Translations under genes and position numbers: made by a program
Source: an uncultured Candidatus Saccharibacteria bacterium
Lineage (GTDB): Bacteria; Patescibacteriota; Saccharimonadia; Saccharimonadales; JACDBH01
Length of the DNA: 64,000 nucleotides
Direction of reading: 5' to 3'
Assembly: GCA_965231105.1 (NCBI GenBank)
Contig: OZ246417.1
Span: forward strand, 36,094 to 100,093
Shown here: piece by piece, positions 18,400-26,966 of the stretch
How positions within the stretch are numbered: the stretch's first letter is position 1
Layout of the letters: each line of letters opens with the position of its first letter
Notes under the pieces: generated by a model
Database searches by the model: none
What the model saw: the letters and a program-made list of their open reading frames with translations, nothing else
What the model was told of the DNA's origin: nothing

Positions 18400-21195
18400 A
18401 TGATACGAAATGGGGTGTTAAAGGTTAGGGATTTCCATTGGCTCACTAATTTGGTGGCTGTAGTGGTGCCTATTGTTGGCTTGTTTCTTGCTATGAATTT
18501 CCTTGGGTCATCTGCAAAGGCTGCTTATTCTCCTTTGTCTACAAGTGGAGTCTTCTTTTACGGAGACACAACCAACGCTGGCATTATGCGGGCAAGGACG
18601 TTTACGGCAACCGCAACGGCCAACGCAGAATTTAACGGTATTACTGGCTCGGCAAGTAACATTCTGCAAACAGTTGCAAAAACAGCAGTAACTCGTGAAG
18701 AAATAATGATAGGGAGCATTCGGGTTAACGGTGAGCTGCAGATAGAAACTTGTACTACAGGCTGTGATGCAAATGGTGATTTCACAAACCGTTGGGCCAA
18801 TGCAGGCACCTCTGGAACGCTAGACTGTGATAATACAACCCCCGCGGCAGATCAATGCCTCCGGCCGTTTGATCTAGACTACGAATCGCTAAAAGGCAGG
18901 GCGATGGTGGCATATGCAGATAATGTGGCAGATAAGTTCTACTATGCACTTTGGGATGGTTCTGCGTGGTCTCCTGATTCCTCCCCGGATTCGCCATCAG
19001 CTACAAATGAAGTAGATTTTCATACCGGTGGAACAGGAGGTACGCCTCAATGGATTCGGGTTATACCTGCAGGCAAAGATCTCGGGACCGATCGTTCTGA
19101 TCGCATTATGGTTCTTATCTCTGATACAAATGATGATTTTTGGGCGTGCTACTGGGACGGCTCATCCTTTAGTTGCCTTAATGCAACTTTGGAGGGAAGC
19201 TTAAGAAACTGTGGCATAGCCCAATGTTTTGATGGGGCTTGGCAAGACAACGGTACTTTTGTAGCCGTATATTCAGATACTGCAGCAAATACCATGCGAT
19301 ATCAAATTTATACTGTGGGCTCAGGTTGGGGTGGTGAACAAAACGGACCCGCTTTAAACTCCAACGGGCAATGGTTCTCGGCGACCTCCAGTCCTACCAG
19401 TTCTCGAATCTTGGTTACGAGTAATGAAAGTGGTGATGATGCAAGGTCAATAGTATGGCGCGGGGATAATTCAACTAACGGTTGGACAACCTGCGCGATA
19501 ACGGATTGTCCTGATGTCACTACGGAAACTGTTACAGGGCAACAGGCTTTTAGCGCATTTGAACGTTTTAATGGCGAAGGACTTTATCTTTATAATGATG
19601 CTGCCAATAATACTGATACGGATTACTCTACTTATACACCCTCTGCCTCTTGGGGTGCCGTAACTACTGCCGGCATCACTACAACTGATGATAACCTACG
19701 CGTTAAGGCCTGGGGCTCTCCTAATTCTGACGATATTATGGTGATGAGTGGAGATCTAATATGTGATAGCGATGCAAGATTGTGGACAGGAGGAGGGTGG
19801 GGAACTTTAATAGCGTCTATAGAAGTTGAAAACTCTAATTATGGGGTTGCCTGTCCGTTTGCAAGTGGAACACCGGGTACTGATCCTAGCGGTGCGGGAC
19901 AAAATTTTGATTTTACCTGGAAGATTTACACCCCTTGGCAACGTAACTGGCGTTTTTATAGCGGTTCCGACACAGCCTCAACACCCACTACGGCTTTGGC
20001 CGCAGAAAACACTGCCACTACCGGTGTGACAAACGGGCAAGACCTACGCCTACGAATTAACTATGCAGAGCGCGGTCGCTCGATTAGCAACAACGATGCT
20101 CGTAAAAAACTCCAATATACCACTGGCTGTAACCCGAATAGTGTGCTGGAGACCACATGTACTTGGACTGATGTTGATGACCCGGCAGGTGCAGGTTTAT
20201 GGAGATATCTTGGCGATGCCGATATTGCCTGTACGGCAACCGACTGTGATGACGGGACAACACTTGTAGGAACTGTACTAACAGGTTCAAGTACCTGTAG
20301 CGCAGGACTAGGTTGCGGTACTTGGGTTGGTGATAAGGATGCTGCTGCTGGGGCTAATATGGACCATACTGCACAGAGTGGTGCCGATACGGTTCAGGAA
20401 AGCGAATATATTATCGAGCCAAATGGAGCAACGCCGGGTAGTACTTATTACTTTAGAATCTATGATGTAGATCAGGTTACACCTATCTATCGTGAGCAGG
20501 ATGCTAATGATTGTGGCGGTGGCGCTGCACAGTGTACATACCCATCTCTTACAATGGCTAATGTCGATCAGCTCCGATACCGATGGCGTAGCGATGATGG
20601 CAACGAGACTACTGGTACATCATTGGTGGCAGAAAATACCGCCTTTACATCTCTGGCCAAGAGCACTAACTACCGCTTACGTTTCCAGATCAATGTGGGT
20701 GGCGGCTTTAATGCTACCTCCTATAACTATCGTCTAGAGTACGCTGCACGTGTTGGTGGTGTATGTGATACAGACGAATCCTATACAACCGTTCCCGATA
20801 CGCCAACCACGGAACACTTTGATATGGTTCTAACCAGCAACTATGCGGATGGTGCTTCTTCTACCGATGCGGGCAGTGGTCCGGGTGTGCTTAGTAACCC
20901 CTCTGGTTCATTTACGGCGGGTAAGTTAGTGGAATCTACATCTAACAGTACAGGTGCACTTACCGTGAATGATGCCAACTATACGGAAATCGAGTATGCC
21001 ATTCAGGCCAACTCAAATGCTACCGACGGGCAAAACTACTGTTTTAGGGTAACAAATGCGGGTACTGCGCTAATTTCATACAGTGCTTATGCAGCTGCCC
21101 AGCTTGTGATAGTGGGTCCTACCACTGATCAAATCTTACGAAACGGTTCGTGGTTTAGTGGTGGGGTAGAGCAGAGCTTCTTCTGGTCTAATTAA
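18400..21195 (+). CDS. Large secreted or membrane-anchored protein (931 aa): propeller-like W-x-G-x-x-W repeats plus two roughly 200-aa jelly-roll-like modules
   Basis: The N-terminal anchor is LVAVVVPIVGLFLAMNFLGSSAKA/AY. Blade-like signatures recur: YYALWDGSAWSP, FWACYWDGSSFSC, QIYTVGSGWGGE, IVWRGDNSTNGWTT and ARLWTGGGWGT. Two C-terminal modules (about 19935-20565 and 20563-21120) each start [NY]WRF/YRWR..D and contain A.ENTA, RLR[IF] and [LQ][QE]Y. They end YYFRIYD and YCFRVTN respectively. The protein has many Cys. Confidence 0.75.
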   Translation: MIRNGVLKVRDFHWLTNLVAVVVPIVGLFLAMNFLGSSAKAAYSPLSTSGVFFYGDTTNAGIMRARTFTATATANAEFNGITGSASNILQTVAKTAVTREEIMIGSIRVNGELQIETCTTGCDANGDFTNRWANAGTSGTLDCDNTTPAADQCLRPFDLDYESLKGRAMVAYADNVADKFYYALWDGSAWSPDSSPDSPSATNEVDFHTGGTGGTPQWIRVIPAGKDLGTDRSDRIMVLISDTNDDFWACYWDGSSFSCLNATLEGSLRNCGIAQCFDGAWQDNGTFVAVYSDTAANTMRYQIYTVGSGWGGEQNGPALNSNGQWFSATSSPTSSRILVTSNESGDDARSIVWRGDNSTNGWTTCAITDCPDVTTETVTGQQAFSAFERFNGEGLYLYNDAANNTDTDYSTYTPSASWGAVTTAGITTTDDNLRVKAWGSPNSDDIMVMSGDLICDSDARLWTGGGWGTLIASIEVENSNYGVACPFASGTPGTDPSGAGQNFDFTWKIYTPWQRNWRFYSGSDTASTPTTALAAENTATTGVTNGQDLRLRINYAERGRSISNNDARKKLQYTTGCNPNSVLETTCTWTDVDDPAGAGLWRYLGDADIACTATDCDDGTTLVGTVLTGSSTCSAGLGCGTWVGDKDAAAGANMDHTAQSGADTVQESEYIIEPNGATPGSTYYFRIYDVDQVTPIYREQDANDCGGGAAQCTYPSLTMANVDQLRYRWRSDDGNETTGTSLVAENTAFTSLAKSTNYRLRFQINVGGGFNATSYNYRLEYAARVGGVCDTDESYTTVPDTPTTEHFDMVLTSNYADGASSTDAGSGPGVLSNPSGSFTAGKLVESTSNSTGALTVNDANYTEIEYAIQANSNATDGQNYCFRVTNAGTALISYSAYAAAQLVIVGPTTDQILRNGSWFSGGVEQSFFWSN

Positions 21196-22028
21196 TCAAG
21201 CTGTCTTCCAAATTCAACAATGCCGCTTGCACTCGATAAGGCAAGAAGCTGTTTCTCTTGGCTGCCTTCCCAGAATGCCTGGCGGTTAGTCATAATCTTT
21301 TCTTGAGCGCTACGGACTACTGCAATATATGCTTGCTTCTCTGATTCTGCCGCACGAGATTCGGTAAGGGCAGTGAAGTAGGGAAAGCGTGCAGCTTCTA
21401 TATCTGCTATATATGAACGCAATTGGGACTTCTCGGTATCTTCATATCCCGATGCCTTATCGAGACTATCAAGCGTGTTGCTTATACCTTGTCCGGCTGC
21501 AGCTATTCTCATAATTACCTGATCACTTGCCGCACTGGTATCAACTGCGGGGTTGTATTCTAAGACATTAGCCAAGGTAGACATGACATTTGTATGGTAT
21601 TCCAGCGCGGCGACAGTCTGAGAAAGACTGTCATTTGCAGTGTGTAGGGCGGTCGCAAATGCTTCTGATCCCACTGTCTGGTTAAATGTCTGTATGCGGT
21701 TATTCTCAATTGGTGCCCAGAGGGTTTTGTGGACCTTTGGATAGCTCTCAGGTTTTATGCGGATGGTTATTTTCTTGATGTCATCTATATATCCTCGTAC
21801 TGCACCCTTTTGCTGTAGCTCGATGTCTTCAATACCGGGGAGCACAGCAAGTTCGTTTTGAGCAGTATTAATCGTACCGCCCAAAGTACGGATCTGCTCA
21901 CCGTACTGATCTATTTGCTTATCATTATAAGAAGATAGCAGGGCAGAGCCTCCTAGCAGGAGAAAGCAGACCCCAAGGCTAATACTAACCTTAAGAATCT
22001 GTGAAGAAGTATCTCGTAGCTTTTTCAT
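21192..22028 (-). CDS. Hypothetical membrane-anchored, largely helical protein (278 aa)
   Basis: It has an N-terminal TM (ISLGVCFLLLGGSALL) and no recognisable motif. Its stop codon overlaps the convergent stop of the 931-aa gene (ttaa at 21192-21195). A minus-strand TATACT (22041-22046) lies 12 nt before the ATG. Confidence 0.65.
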   Translation of the reverse strand: MKKLRDTSSQILKVSISLGVCFLLLGGSALLSSYNDKQIDQYGEQIRTLGGTINTAQNELAVLPGIEDIELQQKGAVRGYIDDIKKITIRIKPESYPKVHKTLWAPIENNRIQTFNQTVGSEAFATALHTANDSLSQTVAALEYHTNVMSTLANVLEYNPAVDTSAASDQVIMRIAAAGQGISNTLDSLDKASGYEDTEKSQLRSYIADIEAARFPYFTALTESRAAESEKQAYIAVVRSAQEKIMTNRQAFWEGSQEKQLLALSSASGIVEFGRQLD

Positions 22029-22058
22029 ATCTATTCTTTAAGTATAGGCTATAAAGCC

Positions 22059-22610
22059 TTACGGCTTCTTTAAGCTTTTAGTAGCCTGCACGAAATCGGC
22101 TTCCGGCAAGGTCTCTGCACTGTTAACCAGGATCCATTCGGAGCCAGACTGAATGCTCGCTACCCAGGAACGATCGATCTTTGATACGCCGTACGATGCC
22201 TTGCCAAGCTCTGTCTCTATCTCTTTTAAAGAGGAGATATTCTGGAAGAAAGCATTGAAATCAAAGTTAGGGGGTAGAGGCTGCTGAGAGATGTAAATAG
22301 TGGGCTTACCAGCAGCAATAAGTTCGGTGATAATAACACCTTCAGCGTCCTCAGGCTCAACAGGCGAATCTGGACTGACAGTGTAGCCAGAGGGAAGAGC
22401 AGAGGCTGGTCTAATCGAGTTATCTTTATAATCTACCTTTGTCGATACAACCTCACCGGCTTCATTTACGATGCTCTCTTTCTTAGTCACAACAGAGTAA
22501 ACTAGTACTATAAGGCTAGTTAGTATTATGAGTCCGCCAAGGATATACAGGGTACGTAAACGAAATACAGATCTCTTAAATGAGCGCCTTTTCTTTTGAT
22601 CACCATCCAT
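22059..22610 (-). CDS. Hypothetical membrane-anchored protein (183 aa)
   Basis: A basic N-terminus is followed by a TM (LRTLYILGGLIILTSLIVLVYSVV). No motif is recognised. A minus-strand TAATAT (22620-22625) lies 9 nt before the ATG. Confidence 0.65.
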   Translation of the reverse strand: MDGDQKKRRSFKRSVFRLRTLYILGGLIILTSLIVLVYSVVTKKESIVNEAGEVVSTKVDYKDNSIRPASALPSGYTVSPDSPVEPEDAEGVIITELIAAGKPTIYISQQPLPPNFDFNAFFQNISSLKEIETELGKASYGVSKIDRSWVASIQSGSEWILVNSAETLPEADFVQATKSLKKP

Positions 22611-22631
22611 ATCTATAAGATATTAAACCAC

Positions 22632-22665
22632 AAGCTCTATAGAAAAGTAATTACTTTTAAGCTCT
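22632..22665. repeat. Perfect 16-bp palindrome AAAAGTAATTACTTTT (22643-22658) flanked by direct AAGCTCT repeats, in the divergent region upstream of parA
   Basis: Read directly as caAGCTCTatagAAAAGTAATTACTTTTAAGCTCTgtg. Two direct GTGAAA half-site-like repeats follow (ctGTGAAAActgcGTGAAAtgg, 22666-22685). Confidence 0.6.
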
Positions 22666-22745
22666 GTGAAAACTGCGTGAAATGGTTCTCGATTGTGAAC
22701 CAAAGGTGGTATCCTTATATATGAAGATGTGAGGGTACATAAAAG

Positions 22746-23513
22746 GTGTCACAGAAAATTGCGATCCTAAATCAAAAAGGTGGCGTTGGCAAGACAACCA
22801 CCGCAGTTAACTTAGGTGCATATCTCGCTAAGAATAAGTCTTCGGTACTCTTGGTTGATCTTGATCCCCAAGGTAATGCTACCAGTGGCTTAGGTGTAGA
22901 TAAACATAGTCTCAATGAAACAATGTACGACGCACTGTTTAATCATGAGACTGCACCAAGTATCATCCAGGATACGCAAATTTCCGGACTTCAAGTTTTG
23001 CCGGCAAACGCTAACCTGGCCGGTGCCGAAGTTCAATTAGTTACAAGCTTACAGCGAGAACTTCAGTTAAAAACAATGCTCGACCAGTTCAGTCATGACA
23101 TTATCTTAATAGACTGTCCGCCAAGCTTAGGACTTCTAACAATTAACGCGCTCAGTGCTGCGGACTATGTTTTGATTCCAGTACAAACCGAATACTATGC
23201 GCTTGAAGGTTTGGGCCAGTTACTTTCGGTTATCCAACGCGTCAAAGAAGCTATTAATCCAAAGCTCGAAATTCTTGGTGTGCTGCTTACCATGTTTGAT
23301 TCTCGCACTAGTCTCAGTGACCAAGTAAAAGACGAGGTTACAAAGCACTTTAATGAAAAAGTCTTAAATACTGTTATACCGCGCAATGTCCGGTTGGCAG
23401 AAGCGCCAAGCTTTGGTACCCCAATTTCAGAACACGATAAATGGAGTAAGGGTGCCCGAGCTTACAAGCAACTAGCCAAGGAACTTACTCAGCGCATGAA
23501 GGGAGGAAAGTGA
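22746..23513 (+). CDS. parA: Chromosome partitioning ATPase ParA/Soj
   Basis: It uses a GTG start and has the deviant Walker A NQKGGVGKTTT. LVDLDPQGNAT and the IDCPPSLG-type motifs are present, and parB lies immediately downstream. Confidence 0.9.
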   Translation: MSQKIAILNQKGGVGKTTTAVNLGAYLAKNKSSVLLVDLDPQGNATSGLGVDKHSLNETMYDALFNHETAPSIIQDTQISGLQVLPANANLAGAEVQLVTSLQRELQLKTMLDQFSHDIILIDCPPSLGLLTINALSAADYVLIPVQTEYYALEGLGQLLSVIQRVKEAINPKLEILGVLLTMFDSRTSLSDQVKDEVTKHFNEKVLNTVIPRNVRLAEAPSFGTPISEHDKWSKGARAYKQLAKELTQRMKGGK

Positions 23514-24388
23514 TGGCAATGAAAAAATCAGTGCTCGGAAAGGGCTTTGATGCACTCATGCCCAAGGATCTGGACACCTCATTACTAGAGAAAGAAGCGG
23601 AAAGGGTACAAAATTTGTTCATTTCTACCATTTTTCCTAATCCTGACCAGCCACGACATATTTTTGATGATACTGCACTAGAACAGTTGGCTGATTCCAT
23701 ACGGCAGTATGGTGTCTTGCAACCCTTGATCGTCTCTCCAGCAAAGGAGCGAGATCGCTACATTATTATTGCCGGTGAACGACGATGGCGTGCCAGTAAG
23801 ATTGCAAAGCTCGATAAAGTACCTGCAATTGTGCGTACGGCTAAGGAGTTAGAGCAACTTGAAATTGCATTAGTAGAAAATATTCAGCGCGTTGATCTCT
23901 CGCCGTTAGAACAGGCGGCTTCTATTAATCGATTACATGATTTATTTACTATGAGCTTTGACGATATCGCTAAGCGACTTGGCAAGGCACCCTCTACTGT
24001 AAACAACATTGTGCGACTCTTACAATTAACGCCGGCTGCGCAACAGGCACTACGGGATGAAAAGATTTCAGAGGGTCATGCCCGCGCAATCTTAGCACTA
24101 AAGGACTTCCCTGAAGCTCAGCAAGAATTATTAGTGCTTATTCAGAAAAATGGCTGGTCCGTACGGCAGGCTGAGCAGTTTGTGGTTGCCACTAAAAGCA
24201 GCGCTGGTAGTACGAAGACTGCACAAAAGCGAACGGAAAATTCAAATCCTGCAACGCAAGAACTTAGTAAGTTTTTACATCGACCGGTTACCATTACGCA
24301 CACAGCCAAAGGCGGCAAGTTACAAATTGGTTTTACCTCAAACGATGATTTAGAAAAGCTCTTAAAGCTGCTTGAGCAACTGCAGTAG
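23513..24388 (+). CDS. parB: Chromosome partitioning protein ParB/Spo0J
   Basis: The motifs are NPDQPRHIFDD..L..LA.SI...G.LQP and IIAGERRWRAS (ParB box), with an HTH region. I prefer the ATG at 23513 because the SD gggagg lies 6 nt upstream and the ATG overlaps the parA TGA. The ORF track begins at GTG 23510. Confidence 0.9.
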   Translation: MAMKKSVLGKGFDALMPKDLDTSLLEKEAERVQNLFISTIFPNPDQPRHIFDDTALEQLADSIRQYGVLQPLIVSPAKERDRYIIIAGERRWRASKIAKLDKVPAIVRTAKELEQLEIALVENIQRVDLSPLEQAASINRLHDLFTMSFDDIAKRLGKAPSTVNNIVRLLQLTPAAQQALRDEKISEGHARAILALKDFPEAQQELLVLIQKNGWSVRQAEQFVVATKSSAGSTKTAQKRTENSNPATQELSKFLHRPVTITHTAKGGKLQIGFTSNDDLEKLLKLLEQLQ

Positions 24389-24407
24389 TTCGGTTATTGT
24401 TCTTTTT

Positions 24408-25142
24408 CTAGAATCGCTTGGCTTCGTTAAGTGGTAGTATACGTGCCGTTAAGGTGCCGATAATATCGTGGGCTGGCACTGGTCCAAAGTAGCGTGAGTC
24501 AAGAGAGTTAGAGCGATGGTCACCCATTACAAAGACTTCACCGTCCGGTACGGTGATATCAACATTCCCACTGGTTTCACCTTCCAAGTCCTTACCGTAA
24601 TCCATGGTGATATCAGGGTTAAAGCCATCTGGATTGGCTTTGTTAAAGACAGTGAGTTTTCCGTCCGCAACTGTAACTCGCTCACCTGGTAAGGCAATAA
24701 CCCGCTTAATGAGCTGCTTGTCTTTGCCGCCTTCATCCTGAAAGAGGCCTTTGCTTACAAACACCACTACTTCACCGCGCGACGGAATGAAATCATGATT
24801 GGTAATGCGTGCCCATGTACGCTTAACCTTCCAAATAATCAGGCGATCATGAGTCTGAAGTGTGCGTTCCATACTTGGACCATCTACTTCATACGATTGA
24901 AACACGAAAGCAGTAATAAAGAGTGCCAATAAAGGAGCTACTAATAATATGCCGATCGTTGAGAGGACACTTTTGAGCCTTGAACCCTTAGACGGTTTAG
25001 GCGATGAGATAGGTGGTGCCACCCCGGGAACAGTCGGCGGAACGGTTGGATCGGCAGGAGGCGCATTGGGAGGAGTTGAGGCAGGCTGAACGGGAGTCTG
25101 TTGGGGTGGTGTTTGTGGTGGACGAGGTGGTCGTATATCCAT
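24408..25142 (-). CDS. lepB: Signal peptidase I with a proline-rich N-terminal extension
   Basis: The motifs are VDGPSMERTL (catalytic Ser box), LIKRVIALPGERV (Lys box) and GDHRSNSLDSRYFGPVP (box E). The N-terminal roughly 55 aa are Pro-rich (RPPRPPQTPPQQTPVQPASTPPNAPPADPTVPPTVPGVAPP) and precede the TM. Confidence 0.85.
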   Translation of the reverse strand: MDIRPPRPPQTPPQQTPVQPASTPPNAPPADPTVPPTVPGVAPPISSPKPSKGSRLKSVLSTIGILLVAPLLALFITAFVFQSYEVDGPSMERTLQTHDRLIIWKVKRTWARITNHDFIPSRGEVVVFVSKGLFQDEGGKDKQLIKRVIALPGERVTVADGKLTVFNKANPDGFNPDITMDYGKDLEGETSGNVDITVPDGEVFVMGDHRSNSLDSRYFGPVPAHDIIGTLTARILPLNEAKRF

Positions 25143-25189
25143 AGGCTTGCAGCTTTAAACTATACCCTAAAAAACCTGTTCTCGGAAGG

Positions 25190-25218
25190 TTTACTGCATG
25201 TGCTTAAATCGCTATACT
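25190..25218 (+). promoter_or_regulatory. Candidate sigma70-type promoter, TTTACT-17 nt-TATACT
   Basis: The -35 TTTACT is at 25190-25195 and the -10 TATACT at 25213-25218, separated by a 17-nt spacer. It lies 20 nt upstream of ATG 25239. The predicted TSS would fall after the AGGAG at 25219-25223, so the leader would be short. Confidence 0.4.
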
Positions 25219-25238
25219 AGGAGATTGTAGTTTTAGCT

Positions 25239-26966
25239 ATGGATAATTTTCGCAAACCAAAGAGGAACCGTATTTCGTCACTGGATGGCTTTGTTAAACC
25301 TAACGAAATTCAGAAGAATAAGAACGGTCTCCACGCTTTTAACCAGTACTATAACAATGTACATGACCAGTCTCGACAGGTTCAAAGTAGCGACCGCATT
25401 GATGACTTTAAGGGACAGGATGGCTTTACCCCCGCTGAGCAAACCCCCATCACCCGTCCGGCTGATCCCAATAAACCGTATGAGCTTGGCAGTGTAGCTG
25501 TTAAGGCAGAAGATGCTCATAGATCAGAAGGCAAAGCTCATAAGACTAAGAAGCGCCGTTTTAGTCTTATTCGTAAGAAGTCAAAACCAGCTGGCCATCC
25601 GTTGCAGCATAAGAGTAAACATCATAAACTTAAGCTGGGATTAAAAGTATCTGGCGCACTCGCAGCAGTTATTATTCTGGTTGCCGGCGGCTTGGGGCTC
25701 AAAGCCTTCTTAAAAGCTCGCAATATCTTTAAGGGTGGTTCAGAGGGTGCAGTGGCGCTTAACAAAGATGTTGACCCAACACTCCTAAAGGGCGAAGGCG
25801 ATGGACGGGTAAATATCTTGCTGCTTGGTAAGGGTGGTGAGGGTCATACCGCGCCAGATCTTACCGATACCCTCCTAGTTGCCAGTATTGACCCGATTGC
25901 AAAAGAAGCTGCACTATTAAGTGTGCCGCGTGATTTATGGGTCAAATCATCAGCCAGTGGCTACCAGTCTAAGATTAACGAAGTCTATGCTAATGCAAAG
26001 TACGGGGTGCTCAATAGCTATACAACCAAACAGCAAACAGATGAAGTAAAAGCTAATGCCGAAAAGGCTGGCATTGATGCTATTTCAGATACGCTATCAG
26101 GGGTAATTGGTATCCCTCTCCACTACTACATGATGGTGGATTTTGAGGCTTTCAGACAGGCCATTGATGCGGTAGGTGGTATCGATGTCAATGTGAAGAC
26201 GCAGCTTTATGACCCCACTATCGCATGGGAAAACAACAATAACGCACTTATCGCAGCTGTAGGTACGCAACACTTTGATGGCAAGAAGGCACTGCTCTAC
26301 GCTCGCTCTCGCCAGACGTCTGCCCGTGGTGACTTTGATCGGGCTGAGCGCCAGCGCGATATTATTACTGCACTCAAGACCAAAGTGTTAAGCGCTGGTA
26401 CCTTTGCGAATCCATTAAAGGTTAATCAGTTAATTGATGCGTTTGGTGACCATGTTTCAACGGACTTTAGTTTAGATGAAATTATGCGTGTCTACGACAT
26501 TAGTAAGGATATCGCGTCCGATAAGATTGCTTCCTTAGGACTCGATGAATATGTGCATGGTGAAGCTATGCGTGGACAATCTGCCCAGGTACCAAAAGCC
26601 GGCACCTTTGATTACTCTGCTATCCAAAATTTCGTCCGCAACTCTTTGAAAGACGCGTTCTTAAAGAGCGAAAACGCCAGCGTGGTTATCTTAAACGGCA
26701 CCGACACCACCGGTCTGGCCACCCTTAAGAGTAATGAACTGAAATCCTTTGGTTATAACGTAACTCAAGTTGGCGATGCGCCAACGAAAGATTACAGTAA
26801 GACGGTCCTGGTTGATCTTACGAACGGAAGCAAGAAATATACCAAGACATATCTTGAGAAACGTCTTAATGTGGGTGCTACTACCTCATTGCCAGATTCA
26901 ACAATTACAGCTACCGGTGCTGACTTTGTTATAATACTTGGCAGCAATGAATCATCTGCTCTATGA
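25239..26966 (+). CDS. LytR-CpsA-Psr (LCP) family cell-envelope glycopolymer ligase
   Basis: A basic N-terminus and TM are followed by NILLLGKGGEGHTAPDLTDTLLVASIDP..LLSVPRDLWV and ARSRQTSARGDFDRAERQRDIITAL. A C-terminal LytR_C-like domain is present (VVILNGTDTTGLATLKSNELKSFGYNV). Confidence 0.85.
   Translation: MDNFRKPKRNRISSLDGFVKPNEIQKNKNGLHAFNQYYNNVHDQSRQVQSSDRIDDFKGQDGFTPAEQTPITRPADPNKPYELGSVAVKAEDAHRSEGKAHKTKKRRFSLIRKKSKPAGHPLQHKSKHHKLKLGLKVSGALAAVIILVAGGLGLKAFLKARNIFKGGSEGAVALNKDVDPTLLKGEGDGRVNILLLGKGGEGHTAPDLTDTLLVASIDPIAKEAALLSVPRDLWVKSSASGYQSKINEVYANAKYGVLNSYTTKQQTDEVKANAEKAGIDAISDTLSGVIGIPLHYYMMVDFEAFRQAIDAVGGIDVNVKTQLYDPTIAWENNNNALIAAVGTQHFDGKKALLYARSRQTSARGDFDRAERQRDIITALKTKVLSAGTFANPLKVNQLIDAFGDHVSTDFSLDEIMRVYDISKDIASDKIASLGLDEYVHGEAMRGQSAQVPKAGTFDYSAIQNFVRNSLKDAFLKSENASVVILNGTDTTGLATLKSNELKSFGYNVTQVGDAPTKDYSKTVLVDLTNGSKKYTKTYLEKRLNVGATTSLPDSTITATGADFVIILGSNESSAL

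Noticed and set aside
2-21195. A diversity-generating retroelement (DGR) acting on the giant surface proteins; CPR genomes often carry DGRs.
   Set aside because: No reverse-transcriptase-like ORF is present: no YxDD motif appears in any frame of the supplied translations. I found no template/variable repeat pair differing mainly at adenines. The cassette duplication differs at all base types.
22666-22685. A canonical parS site near parAB.
   Set aside because: Only direct GTGAAA half-site repeats are present. No inverted TGTTNCACGTGNAACA palindrome was found here or at the other CACGTG occurrences I spotted (about 20747, 45811, 50471 and 63546).
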